A stretch of DNA of 55,312 nucleotides from NCBI GenBank assembly GCA_964618805.1, contig CAZUBM010000002.1, forward strand, positions 1-55,312. The letters run 5' to 3'. Source of the DNA: an uncultured Nitrososphaerota archaeon. GTDB taxonomy: Archaea > Korarchaeota > Korarchaeia > Korarchaeales > Korarchaeaceae. Each line of letters starts with the position of its first letter. Within the stretch, counting starts at the first letter, position 1. Both the position numbers and the translations under genes were made by a program. Positions 1 through 9,362 of this stretch are shown here, piece by piece. The notes beneath the pieces were generated by a model. The model had not been told where the DNA came from, ran no database searches, and was given only the letters and a program-made list of their open reading frames with translations.

Positions 1-54
1 TCCTTCAGGTAGCTCTTCAATCGCTGTGAAATCTAGGTCCAGACTAAACCTGTT
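1..54 (-). pseudogene. 5'-truncated AbiEii-like (type IV TA) nucleotidyltransferase fragment, runs off the left edge
   Basis: Minus strand reads NRFSLDLDFTAIEELPEG, matching the AbiEii RFSxDLDF motif. The upstream GGTAL part is missing and in-frame stops lie just beyond the (GC)5 run at 55-64. Confidence 0.5.
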
Positions 55-64
55 GCGCGCGCGC
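55..64. repeat. (GC)n junction motif; other copies at 3844-3852, 7175-7182, 9372-9378, 20501-20508, 52917-52923, and a partial one at 3362-3366
   Basis: Alternating GC runs of 7-10 nt read directly, in AT-rich surroundings and at gene ends or breakpoints. Confidence 0.7.
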
Positions 65-463
65 TCTCAGCGTCAATTTTTTAGGTTTTTCAAGAGATAT
101 CCCCAAGCATGCCTACCAACTGATCATCAATGGACCATGGCATGAGCGAAACAATGAGCCAACAATTAGCATTTTTACACTTCGTTAGCACTTCGTGTGA
201 CTGATTAGTAATGGGTGTTTCAAATTCCTGATAAAAGAGGTCTTTGCTTTTATGATCAGCGAGGTGCTCACGAAGCAGAAATAATACAGCAGAATATTTA
301 CGGAAGTAGAGTAACAGGCATATAAACAAAAATTGCTTCTCAGATGCGTTCAGAATGATTTTTATAAAGGATTGCAGATTATTAAGAGTCTAAGCATTCT
401 TTCGCAAGTTTTGAGGAATTTACATAAGCAGCTAACTATTTAGATGGTCTCTATGAACCCTGA

Positions 464-886
464 CTAAATTCTGGATACGTGAATCGCTATTTCAGCGTAT
501 TCTTCACCGAACTTCTTTATTAGATCTTTGTCAGCTGTGTAGAAGACAGCTTTCAACTTTCGCGCTAGGGCTAAGTATGCTGCATCGTAGATCGTTACGT
601 CCTTGCTGAGAGCTATCTCTACAGTCTCCTCAGCAAACTCCATGTCCAATGGGTAAAGCTCTATGCCATAGCTTAAGAGAGAGTTAGCTGCCAATTTGAT
701 TTCCTCAACCGTGAAAAGGCCGCTATACCTTAGGGCGTTTAAAACCTCGAATGGCATCAATTCGGGAGCTACGATATGAACTTCTCCGTTCACGTGCATG
801 TCTCTAAGCTTTAGAGCCCTGTCAGAGTACTCCTCATCAATGAACCACTTGACTATGATGCTGGCATCACTTACCACCTTTTCCAT
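464..886 (-). CDS. vapC: VapC PIN-domain toxin
   Basis: VVSDAS...E.LNAL...TIYDAAY...TAD acidic PIN pattern; overlaps the upstream antitoxin. Confidence 0.9.
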   Translation of the reverse strand: MEKVVSDASIIVKWFIDEEYSDRALKLRDMHVNGEVHIVAPELMPFEVLNALRYSGLFTVEEIKLAANSLLSYGIELYPLDMEFAEETVEIALSKDVTIYDAAYLALARKLKAVFYTADKDLIKKFGEEYAEIAIHVSRI

Positions 887-1112
887 ATCGATGTTCCCTC
901 CAATACCTTATGACCTCCACGCTGCTCCAACCCTCGGGGGCTTTCTTCCTTATTTTCTCGTTGAACAGAACGGCTCTAGCTAGATTTCTCCCTTCCTCTT
1001 CCTCCAATGTATTTATTATGGCTCTTCTTATCACCTCGCTCCAATTAATATGCTTAAGCCTGTCCATTCGCCTTTTCAGCTCATCATCAACTCTAACGCT
1101 TACAATAGTCAT
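867..1112 (-). CDS. vapB: VapB-type RHH antitoxin
   Basis: MTIVSVRVDDELKRRM...INWSEVIRRAI. Start placed at ATG 1112 (ORF track 1124) because a TATA-like element lies about 25-30 nt upstream. Confidence 0.85.
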   Translation of the reverse strand: MTIVSVRVDDELKRRMDRLKHINWSEVIRRAIINTLEEEEGRNLARAVLFNEKIRKKAPEGWSSVEVIRYWREHRYGKGGK

Positions 1113-1114
1113 AC

Positions 1115-1142
1115 TGTAATACATATATTACACAAATATAAG
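1115..1142 (-). promoter_or_regulatory. Putative TA operator and TATA box
   Basis: Inverted repeat TGTAATA-N4-TATTACA at 1115-1132 next to the start; CTTATA on the minus strand at 1137-1142. Confidence 0.5.
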
Positions 1143-1144
1143 TT

Positions 1145-1621
1145 TTACAAATAACTAGATCTCATCGGGCTCAGTGATTTTATCAGGATCTTCTGACAAG
1201 TTTCTTTGTCTATTTCCCCAGTCAATCTAAACCCAAGCGAGCACCAAAATGGTATGGCCTCTGTTGCAAGCAACCAAACGTCCTTAACCCCTTTAGACCG
1301 TAGCAAATCTTCAATAAGGCTGAAGAATTTACGACCTAGTCCCATTCTACGTTTTGACGGTATGATGTAGAATTCTAGGATAAAACCCCAGCCAGGTCGC
1401 TCATCCTTATCTATCTTCACATGGGCAAGACCCACATACTCATTTTTATACTTAAGAAGAAACAACCAGCGGTCAGGCTCTCCTAGCCTAGATAGAATGC
1501 TCTGAAGAAACCTTTCTCGCTCTTCAAAATCCAAGTCTTTAAAGTAGTCCCTTCCAAGTCTTATGAATGTTGAGACCTTTTCTGCCTCACCTTTGGCGAC
1601 GGATACTAATTCCAGTTCCAT
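1145..1621 (-). CDS. GNAT family N-acetyltransferase
   Basis: ILEFYIIPSKRRMGLG acetyl-CoA motif and AIPFW.SLGF; probable start MELELVS at 1621. Confidence 0.85.
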   Translation of the reverse strand: MELELVSVAKGEAEKVSTFIRLGRDYFKDLDFEERERFLQSILSRLGEPDRWLFLLKYKNEYVGLAHVKIDKDERPGWGFILEFYIIPSKRRMGLGRKFFSLIEDLLRSKGVKDVWLLATEAIPFWCSLGFRLTGEIDKETCQKILIKSLSPMRSSYL

Positions 1622-1680
1622 ACCTATGGACCATTCAACTCCCCTCAAAATTTTTATGCAAGATGTCGCTGAATATTCTG

Positions 1681-1914
1681 ATGAATCTGATAAGTCAGAC
1701 TATACAGGTAGGAAAGAAATATGCTCTTTACCTTCCAAAGAAGGTGATGGATTCTCTAAACATAAAAGAGGGAGATCTCCTTATTCTTGAAGTGAAAAAG
1801 AATCAGATCATATTAAGACCATTAAAAAAACTTGAAATCAAGGAATTTTGGAGCGAGATCTCCCCAGAAGAGGTAGAGGAAGTTGGCGAGGAGATCTCAG
1901 AAGCAATCACGTGA
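1681..1914 (+). CDS. AbrB/MazE-family antitoxin
   Basis: QVGKKYALYLPKKVMDSLNIKEGD...IILRP swapped-hairpin pattern with an acidic tail; overlaps the PIN gene. Confidence 0.85.
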   Translation: MNLISQTIQVGKKYALYLPKKVMDSLNIKEGDLLILEVKKNQIILRPLKKLEIKEFWSEISPEEVEEVGEEISEAIT

Positions 1915-2344
1915 GTTTGTGGTGGACACAACGTTCCTGCTTCCCTACCTAGGAATAAGGGTGAGGGGCCTAGATGAAGACGTGTTGAGCTCCCTTTTGC
2001 CCTGCTATCCCATTATTATGCTAGTGGAACTTCTAGGTGTATTATACAAAGAAGCCAAGAAGAAAGGACTGCAAGAGTTGCCAGAACAGGCATTGGAGGG
2101 ATTTAACTCTATTGTTTATGGAAAGGACATAAAGCTCATCTTCCCGACAGAGGAGGACTTATGTCTTGGCTATGAGGTTATGAGGAGAGGTTGGAAGGAT
2201 ATTTTTGATGTCATGCTTTATGCAACTGCAAAGAGATTGGGAATCAAGGCTCTGACGATGGATTCCTCTCTCAAGAGTTTCTTGAGAGAGGCTAAGCTGG
2301 ATCATGAGGTTTTAGAGATCTTTAAGTCCAAGGCCCGATTTTAG
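1883..2344 (+). CDS. vapC: PIN-domain toxin
   Basis: VVDTTFLLP...E...DIFDVMLYATA...LTMD. Confidence 0.8.
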   Translation: MARRSQKQSREFVVDTTFLLPYLGIRVRGLDEDVLSSLLPCYPIIMLVELLGVLYKEAKKKGLQELPEQALEGFNSIVYGKDIKLIFPTEEDLCLGYEVMRRGWKDIFDVMLYATAKRLGIKALTMDSSLKSFLREAKLDHEVLEIFKSKARF

Positions 2345-2670
2345 CAAGAATGCAAGGATAGAATTGAAGATTAAGGCTAAAGCCAGTAAAAACCAAGGCA
2401 CCTTTGGATTCAATTGGTACACGTAACCCCCTAGTACCGATCCTATTACGGCTGGCAGGGTTAGGAGAAAGCCCATTCCGGGCCCTGATCCTATGCCCCT
2501 CTGAAGATTATGAGGAGCAATCCCCTTCCCAATATAGCCATTGTCATCCCTCTTCTTTCCCTAGGAACCATGTCTGCCATTAATGCATTCCCTGCAGGGA
2601 TAAGAAAGGCATTGGCTAGGGCAAGGGAAGTTAGTACAAAGAGAACTTCCAACAATCCCTTTGAAAACGG
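2342..2670 (-). pseudogene. C-terminal relic of an MFS transporter, frameshifted
   Basis: ALMADMVPRERRGMTMAILG [frameshift] GPGMGFLLTLPAVIGSVLGGYVYQLNPKVPW; the 5' part is absent. Confidence 0.65.
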
Positions 2671-2764
2671 AAAAATACGGCAGGAATTGCCGAAAGAGCG
2701 AGTACAACAGCAGCAATAGCCCTCCTATCATATCTATCCAGGATGCTTCCTAAGTTAGACCTTT

Positions 2765-2980
2765 TTAGGTGGATTGAATTGACTTTACCTTCTCCGCGAT
2801 GACTCTAGCAAGCTCCTCTATTATGTTTCTCGATACGTTCCAGATTTCTATCCCCAGGATATCTCCGTTTTCATCCACGTCCACATACACGTCCTCTGCC
2901 AAGAGCCTAGTTTCTACGATTTTTCCCTCTCTCAACTTGAGATACAATATGTTGGACTCATCGTCGTACTCCACTTTCAT
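2765..2980 (-). CDS. DUF2283-family putative antitoxin
   Basis: MKVEYDDESNILYL...VDVDENGDILGIEI; the ATG at 2980 overlaps (ATGA) the stop of the upstream gene. Confidence 0.8.
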   Translation of the reverse strand: MKVEYDDESNILYLKLREGKIVETRLLAEDVYVDVDENGDILGIEIWNVSRNIIEELARVIAEKVKSIQST

Positions 2981-3257
2981 TTTATACGCACCCACTTTCC
3001 CTTTCTAACTTTCCTACTGATAATCTTCTGTGCCTCTGACGTTATAAAAGTCGTAACGACTTTTATCTTTTCCCCTTCCTTGACATAAGAAACCAATAAA
3101 TGCTTCTTATTTAGCTTCTTGAAAGCAATATTTGTTCTCGAGCTGATATCATGATAGAGAAAAACGGGTTCTCTATGGCATCCAAGACCTCACTTATGTC
3201 TATTCTTCTCTCCAGGATCCTTTTCTTTCCGTGTTTGGTGAACTCTAGCTTAACCAA
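2977..3257 (-). pseudogene. DUF4258-family (RelE-like) putative toxin, frameshifted
   Basis: LEFTKHGKKRILERRIDISEVLDAIENP [frameshift at a T5 run near 3160] LYHDISSRTNIAFKK...IKVVTTF...KWVRIK. Not in the ORF track. Confidence 0.75.
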
Positions 3258-3544
3258 TCGCGTTCACATCCTCGATTTCGAGTTTATCATGCCATCGCTT
3301 CCTTTTTAACTATGTTCATGTAGGCCTAGCATAGCTTGTTAGTAACAAACATGCCTGAAAACGCGCACTAGCACGATCAAGAACTTTTTCATTCATCTCC
3401 TCGAAGCCCTTCTTTCGCAAGGGTGGCCTTCACCATTACTCTGGTTTAACTTCTATCTTGTTCTGAAGTTCTTGGCACCTTTAGAAAGAACCCATTAATT
3501 TACTTAGACCTCTCATTTGCTGTGGAAACAGCATTTCTAATTCA

Positions 3545-3777
3545 TCTTTAGGCATATTAACTATGTGTCTGTACACATCGATGTATTTCTGATGCAACCT
3601 TTTTCCAGGCGTCCTTTGGATTGCTACTTCCTCGAGTCAGCCTTTCTACCTCATTATGGCCTAACAGCTTTTTCTGCCTTTTACAAGTTTGGTGTAAAGG
3701 TTTTTCTTAAGGAAATAAGGGAATATGCAGTTCCAAAGAGAACCCTGAAAGCTCTTTAGGCATATTAGCTATGTGTC
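3545..3777. repeat. 25-bp direct repeat pair, 1 mismatch
   Basis: TCTTTAGGCATATTA(A/G)CTATGTGTC at 3545-3569 and 3753-3777. Confidence 0.8.
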
Positions 3778-3896
3778 AATTCCGTACAAGTCCTCCTTGA
3801 ACCTCCTCTTCAAAAAGGGAGAAGAATCCCTCGCCGAAAATCACGCGCGCGCTTCATTCAAAGCACGAGAATATTCACGACATTGGTAGGTAACTA

Positions 3897-3919
3897 TTTA
3901 TACTACATCAAATGTAGTA
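3897..3919 (+). promoter_or_regulatory. TATA box and putative TA operator
   Basis: TTTATA at 3897-3902 overlapping the perfect inverted repeat TACTACAT-CAA-ATGTAGTA (3901-3919) upstream of the antitoxin. Confidence 0.55.
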
Positions 3920-3942
3920 AAATTTAGTAGGAGGGGAAGGGT

Positions 3943-4164
3943 TTGAGCTACGTAACGGTCTCGGCAAAAGTGAGGCGCGATCTCTGGGAGAAGTTGAAGA
4001 AATACGGAATTAACACAAGCAAGGTCATAAGGGATGCAATTGAGCAAAAAATTAGGGAGGAGGAGATTAAGTGGAGCTTGAGGATCATGGATGAGATAGC
4101 TTCAAAGGCCATGCCTGAGAGACCCATTTCTAAGGTAATCAGGGAACACAGGGACAGGAGATAA
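3943..4164 (+). CDS. vapB: VapB-type RHH antitoxin
   Basis: VTVSAKVRRDLWEKLKKYGINTSKVIRDAI...IREHRDRR; GGAGG upstream; 1 nt from the PIN gene. Confidence 0.85.
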   Translation: MSYVTVSAKVRRDLWEKLKKYGINTSKVIRDAIEQKIREEEIKWSLRIMDEIASKAMPERPISKVIREHRDRR

Positions 4165-4165
4165 G

Positions 4166-4600
4166 ATGAAACCAAGACTTGTTTTTGATGCTAGCGCGGT
4201 TGCAAAGTGGTTCTTGCGAGAAGAAGAATCTGAAGAAGCCAAGGAACTTAGAGACCTTTATTTGAAGGGAAAGCTTGAGATTTTCGTGCCGCGACAAATA
4301 TTTATGGAACTCGCAAACGCACTTAGGTACACTCGTGGATTGAGTCCGAAGGACGTCATAGATGCCGTAGAGGCGCTAATGGCTCTAAGGCTAAATGTGG
4401 TAGAGGATGAAGATTTATTGAAGGAGGCCATCAAAACTGCCTTTGAAGGAGATATTACAGTGTACGATGCTCTTTATATCGCATTAGCGAGGAAGCTCGA
4501 TTCGAAGCTCATTACCTACGATGAAGAACTCCTAAGCCGTTTCAAGGATATGGCAGCGAGGGCAAAAGAGACCCTAGCAGAAATAAGGGAGGGTAAATAA
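4166..4600 (+). CDS. vapC: VapC PIN-domain toxin
   Basis: VFDASAVAKWF...ELANAL...TVYDALY...ITYD. Confidence 0.9.
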   Translation: MKPRLVFDASAVAKWFLREEESEEAKELRDLYLKGKLEIFVPRQIFMELANALRYTRGLSPKDVIDAVEALMALRLNVVEDEDLLKEAIKTAFEGDITVYDALYIALARKLDSKLITYDEELLSRFKDMAARAKETLAEIREGK

Positions 4601-4896
4601 ATGCAAATACAGAAATCAAGTCCCTTTACCTAGAACCTTTTTTCTTCAAAACGTTTCTCTCGTTTAAAATACATGGCAAGCGCTCAAATCGATAGAAGAC
4701 GCTTCACGTTTTGTGGGCTAATGGAGTGCTAGATTAGCTCAAACCCTCTTCACTAAGTCTTCGTCTCAGAACATCATATGCTATAATGAAGTCTTCCTCG
4801 TTCCTCAGTTCTCCGACTTTATTCTCCATACTCTGACATCCTTACTTCTATTCAATAACAAATCTAAATCACTCTTATGCAGATTGAATGTAACAT

Positions 4897-5080
4897 CCAG
4901 ATGATTACAAGCTTGCGATAGTTATAGCCAAAAACCTATTGAAGGGGGAAACCAGCGCTAGCTATTGACATCTTAATGGCAGCAATCATGGTTAACAGAG
5001 GGTTAAGACCATCGACGAAAAACAGATACTTTCAACTGATAAAAGAAGTTGAAGGAAAACTGCTATTGGAGGTTAAATAG
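4897..5080 (+). pseudogene. C-terminal relic of a PIN toxin
   Basis: PDDYKLAIVIAKNLLK [frameshift] KPALAIDILMAAIMVNRGLRPSTKNRYFQLIKEV resembles the VapC C-terminal pattern. Confidence 0.6.
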
Positions 5081-5158
5081 CTTATGATGCTGAATAATCT
5101 CGCCCCGTTCATACAATAAAACCCTAAAAAGATCTGAGGGGAAGAAATCTAGAGTGTT

Positions 5159-5627
5159 ATGATTTGTAAATGTAATCGGATCTTTACTAGGTTTCGATGG
5201 GCAGATCTTGCGTCTCTAAATCCAAAACAAATCCCCAAAACAAAGGGGTATATGTTATTCGTGTTAGAAAGAGAGGCAAGGCCATAGAAGAAGCCATCTC
5301 AAGGTTAGAAGCCTTTCTAAATGAATCAAATTGGTTCCCTTTGATGGAACACGTCTCAGATCGAATTAATAGGCTTAAAAATATTGGAAACTGTCCTCTG
5401 ATCTATATAGGGGCTGCCCCTAGTGCAAAGCGGGCCTGAGAGGAAGATACGTGGATCTTTGCGGTCGTCGTCACACCGTTTTCTTCCCGATATTGACCCT
5501 TCTTTCGGCCGGATGGGAGCTGGATTTCGGATGGTTTGAAACAGAACAACCAAAAAGATTTGAGGAAGAGCTTAAGAGACTTTATCTCGAGATTTATGGG
5601 TCTCTTCCAGCACTTGTGAAGAGATGA
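5159..5627 (+). pseudogene. GIY-YIG-like nuclease, two frameshifts
   Basis: Joined reading: MICKCNRIFTRFRW...IPKTKG/VYVIR...PLIYIGAA.../GLRGRY...WFETEQPKRFEEEL...YGSLP. GxY, YIG, Arg and Glu occur in the expected order, with an unusually long spacer. Confidence 0.5.
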
Positions 5628-5700
5628 AACATCTCCCTTTTCCCGATCGATCCCTAATGATATCGAAAGAGAGTACTGTCCGTTCTAATAACTAAATTTT

Positions 5701-6368
5701 CTAAGAATACAGAGTTTGGATTTCTAATTTCTTCTGCCAAATCTCAGAGAGCTTTATCTCTAACCTTCTTTTGTCATATTTAAGGGAATCTGGACCCCTA
5801 TACTCTTCAATATACCATCTCACCATCCTCTCTGGATCCAGAAGTACTCTCTCAGCGAAGGATCCGCTTCCCCCTGCACTACTGGAGGCCTGATTATTGT
5901 GAACGGAAACTCACCCTTGCCAGCAATCCTGAAAAGTACCTCCTCCGCCTCTCTCTTCCCCAAGCTGTATTGATGAAGCTCCTTGGTTTCCCTCTCCACC
6001 TCTGGAAGAGAGCCAATTCTCGCATCCTCCTCTCTGACGGGATTCGTGTACCTCATCACCCTGTAGACCGTCGTAGAACTAGTCAGCACGTACCTCGAGA
6101 TCTTTCCCCTAAATGCTTGGATTGCACTCTCAACATCTCTACCGTTGTATGCGATGTTGTCCATCACAACATCAAAATCATATCTTCCTGCCTTGCTTAT
6201 GAACGAGGGATAATCCCGCCTATCTCCCTTAACATGTCTCACAGGCCTCGAGAACTGCGGTTTTATATTTCCTCTTGTGAAAATCGAGACATCAAAGCCC
6301 TCGCTGAGTAGGTTTTCCACAATCAGCTTTTCGAAGAACCTCGTCCCTCCTATGACAAAGACCTTCAT
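5701..6368 (-). pseudogene. NAD-dependent epimerase/dehydratase (extended SDR) with an internal deletion
   Basis: VIGGTRFFEK (Gly to Glu in the glycine-rich motif), YSLGK, IIRPP. The ORF stops at WIQRGW; a likely C-terminal piece (MVRWYIEEYRGPDS...YS) follows in another frame at 5701-5826. Confidence 0.75.
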
Positions 6369-6439
6369 CTCAACCCTATATTATCGGGTAAATCAAAAAC
6401 CTAAGCTAGTTCTACCTTTGCAAGATGAATAGGATTTAA

Positions 6440-7174
6440 ATGTTTAATGGGTCAAACTGCGATGTGAAGGTCTTAGTCATCCAGAATTGTGAAATAGAGG
6501 GAATTGGCCTTTATGAACGATATCTAATAGACAGCAGGATTGACTACGATATCTTAGATGCGTACAAATCCAAACCCTTTCCGCCTTTAGAGGAATATGA
6601 TGCTTTTTTCATCGGAGGCACCCCTATTTCGGTAAACGAGATTTACAAGCACGATTTTCTGATAAAGGAAAGCAAATACATCGAAGAAGTCATCGAATCC
6701 AACAAGCCGTGTCTTGGCATTTGCTTTGGAGCCCAATTGTTGGCACATCTTCTAGGAGCAGCGGTCAGAAAAAATCCTGTAGCCGAAATCGGGGGCTACG
6801 AGGTAAAACTTACCCCTCAAGGGGAAAAGGATCCATTCTTCGCGAGCTTCCCAACAGTTTTTCCCGTATTTCATTGGCATGCAGACACCTTTGACGTACC
6901 TGGGCAGGCGAGGCTTTTGGTTGAGGGGGAAGATTGCAAGAACCAAGCCTTTAGATTCCAAAACATCTTAGGTCTTCAGTTTCATTTGGAAATTACCTTA
7001 GAACAACTTGAGAGGTAGCTTGAAGAGTATTCAGATGAATTGAAGTTGGTGAATAAAACTAGAGACCAAGTTTTACATGAATATAGAACTAAGGAAAAGG
7101 TAATGGCTTCTTTAGCGTACAAGCTGCTGGATAATTTCTTCAAGGCCACTAGAGTTGAAAGCCTTCAGTGCTAG
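6440..7174 (+). pseudogene. Class I glutamine amidotransferase-like protein with an in-frame TAG
   Basis: LGICFGAQ, FHWHADTF, QFHLE triad. TAG at 7016-7018 where Trp is expected; the same frame stays open for 51 more codons to a TAG at 7172-7174. Confidence 0.8.
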
Positions 7175-7199
7175 GCGCGCGCATTTTTGGGCCAAACCC

Positions 7200-7643
7200 T
7201 CACTCCTCGGATAAAGCCTGATAGTCTCTCAGGTGCAAGGTTAGAACCTCTGCTCGAGCTTTATCGTACAAAACTTCATCAGCGGTCAATAAAGTTGCTC
7301 CCAACAATTTTGAACACATGACATATGCGCTGTCGTAGTAAGTTGCCTCGTTCTTCACACCTCACTCAAGGATCTTCCTGAGACTCTCCTCATCCAACTT
7401 AATGGATCCTATTCTAAGTTCAAGAAAGTATGAAAACTTCTCAATAGCCTCTTCCACACTTATGAACCCTTGTCTAACCGCTTTCCACAAAGTATTCCCT
7501 ACTTCATAACCCACTAATTCAGGGGCTTTTAGGTCAACGACCCCTGAAAGGAAATCCTCTAAGACCAACCCAGCTTTATCAGAAAGCTCCTCAACTAGCA
7601 AAAACCTTGATGCAACGGAAGCATCTACCACGTAAACCTTCAA
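7200..7643 (-). pseudogene. vapC: VapC PIN toxin with an in-frame TGA
   Basis: VVDASVA...EVGN...ILE* then GVKNEATYYDSAY...LLTAD in the same frame; the stop at 7362-7364 removes two catalytic acidic residues. Confidence 0.85.
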
Positions 7644-7870
7644 TGAGCTTCCCTCATCTCCCTTATAGCCTTGTTTATGAAACCTTTAGGAACAGCATGT
7701 TTCTTTTTCTTTAAGCTCTCTAGCAACTTTTCGGCCGCACTCTTCCTCTCTTCCAACTCAATTCTTTTCCTAATAGCCTCTCTGATGTACTCAGACCAGT
7801 TTATCTTAACCATCTTCATCTTCCTCTTCAGCTCCTCATCGACCTTAATTGTAACAGTACCCAAAATCAT
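7640..7870 (-). CDS. vapB: VapB-type RHH antitoxin
   Basis: TIKVDEELKRKM...INWSEYIREAI; 4-nt overlap with the toxin; inverted repeat TCATTA-N6-TAATGA at 7867-7884. Confidence 0.8.
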   Translation of the reverse strand: MILGTVTIKVDEELKRKMKMVKINWSEYIREAIRKRIELEERKSAAEKLLESLKKKKHAVPKGFINKAIREMREAH

Positions 7871-8016
7871 TACCTAGATAATGACATTTAATCTATCTTT
7901 AAAGTATTACTTCAGCTGTCGTTTCAGAAGAGATTTTCACGGTAGAAGTTTGTTTAACAGCTTTCTCCTTCAACTGTAGCTGCATAGTATGAGGCTACCA
8001 AGAGAAACCAAGAGAG

Positions 8017-8430
8017 TTACACCAACTTAACGAAATCTAGCCCTTTCAACTTCTCAACCAGTTTGCTATCTGAAGTAATGAAGTCAGCACCTTCTTTTTC
8101 TGCGGCAGCAAGGAATAGCGCATCATACACTGTAATCTCCATCCTAATTGCTATTTCGAAAGCTCTCTCGTATATTTCGCATGAGCTAATTACATCACAT
8201 GCCCTTAGTATGAACTCAATTCCCTTCCTGAGGTTAACCTCTATTGTTTCCTTGGGCTCTTTAAAGAATTGAACTCTCTTCCATGCTACATTAGCTAGCT
8301 CTGGAACCGCTAGATCTACAGTTATTAAATCTTCGTACGTCTCAACTATTTTCTCGGCCCGCTCTGATATCTCCTCCTTGAAGAATAGCGCTGATATGAT
8401 GCCAGTATCAAGTACGGCTTTATCTCGCAT
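8017..8430 (-). CDS. vapC: VapC PIN-domain toxin
   Basis: VLDTG...ELANVAWK...TVYDALF...ITSD. Confidence 0.9.
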   Translation of the reverse strand: MRDKAVLDTGIISALFFKEEISERAEKIVETYEDLITVDLAVPELANVAWKRVQFFKEPKETIEVNLRKGIEFILRACDVISSCEIYERAFEIAIRMEITVYDALFLAAAEKEGADFITSDSKLVEKLKGLDFVKLV

Positions 8431-8644
8431 CTCTGTCCTCCCTTATCAGTTCTGCTGAGCTTATTTTCTTGGTCCTCTTCCTTAGTTCTCTCGCTTCCTT
8501 CAACATTTTCTTTCTAATCTCTTTCCTCAGACGCCGTTCTATGGTCTTCCTTATTTCTTCTTGCCAATTTACGTCAACGCTATCCATGAGCTTCCTTAGC
8601 TCCACTGGAATCCTTATGCTGTAAACAGTTGTCTTAGACTTCAT
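8420..8644 (-). CDS. vapB: VapB-type RHH antitoxin
   Basis: YSIRIPVELRKLM...VNWQEEIR...SAELIREDRDAR; TTTATATA upstream on the minus strand. Confidence 0.85.
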   Translation of the reverse strand: MKSKTTVYSIRIPVELRKLMDSVDVNWQEEIRKTIERRLRKEIRKKMLKEARELRKRTKKISSAELIREDRDAR

Positions 8645-9073
8645 ATATTTGTAAACATATAAAATGTATATAAATTTGTAGTCAACTATCTCCGCGTTTG
8701 TTGGATTATAGGATCATATCACATATCAACTCAACAAAAAGAAAAGATCGTATACTTAATAGACATCAGACATAGGACTTATAGCTGGAATAACTAGAAT
8801 GTACAAGAGAGAAGAACTAGTCAAAGTGTCTAAACGTGTTTAAGAGGGATTATCGAGGAGAAATTGGGGGAATTTACCTGAAATCGTCAACAAAGGAGCG
8901 CTTTTTTCCGGACATTTATTTTCCTAAGCAAGCTCGATCCAAGAACTCAAAAAAGCCAGAGAGCTCCAGTCTAACACCTTTTATTATCGAAAGGACCTCC
9001 CTTCTCGTTCTCCATCCTACTGAAATGGGAAGTTAAATAGGAGAGTAGCCCTGATAACAGGAAGAGGGTAAGA

Positions 9074-9361
9074 ATGGCAAGGATAAGAACTGCAGTTAAA
9101 CTCATGAACGAACTTGGGCTAAGCGGTAGGCCAGCATCCTTATTCGTGCAAACTGCAAGGAAGTTCAAGTCGCACATAATCGTCCAGAAGAATGGGGAAA
9201 AAGCAGACGCCAAAAACCTTCATAAAGTCCTGTCTCTACATGCAAAACGCGGTCACACAATCGTTATTACTGCTGAAGGGCCAGATGCCGAGGAAGCGGT
9301 TAGTGAGCTAGTCTCTCTGGTTAAAAACAGGTTTGGAGAGATGAAAAAATTTAGAATGTGA
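9074..9361 (+). CDS. HPr-fold protein lacking both canonical phospho-acceptors
   Basis: NELGLSGRPASLFVQTA.KFKS.I...ADAKN...I.ITAEGPDAEEA aligns with HPr; GLHARP has become GLSGRP and AKS has become AKN. Confidence 0.8.
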   Translation: MARIRTAVKLMNELGLSGRPASLFVQTARKFKSHIIVQKNGEKADAKNLHKVLSLHAKRGHTIVITAEGPDAEEAVSELVSLVKNRFGEMKKFRM

Positions 9362-9362
9362 T

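Noticed and set aside
90-329. 79-aa ORF, and similar short ORFs at 3565, 8836, 10387, 12526 and 14407
   Set aside because: No motifs or convincing expression signals; cannot be supported as genes.
3545-3777. CRISPR mini-array
   Set aside because: Only two repeats, 183 bp apart, and no cas genes in the window.
7016-7364. Pyrrolysine, selenocysteine or alternative genetic code
   Set aside because: Both TAG and TGA appear at inferred Trp positions and both serve as normal stops throughout; point mutation is simpler.
8969-9038. Possible integron attC site (GTCTAAC...GTTAAAT, 70 bp)
   Set aside because: The R boxes fit the consensus but the inner L boxes are not complementary, and similar sites do not recur after other genes.
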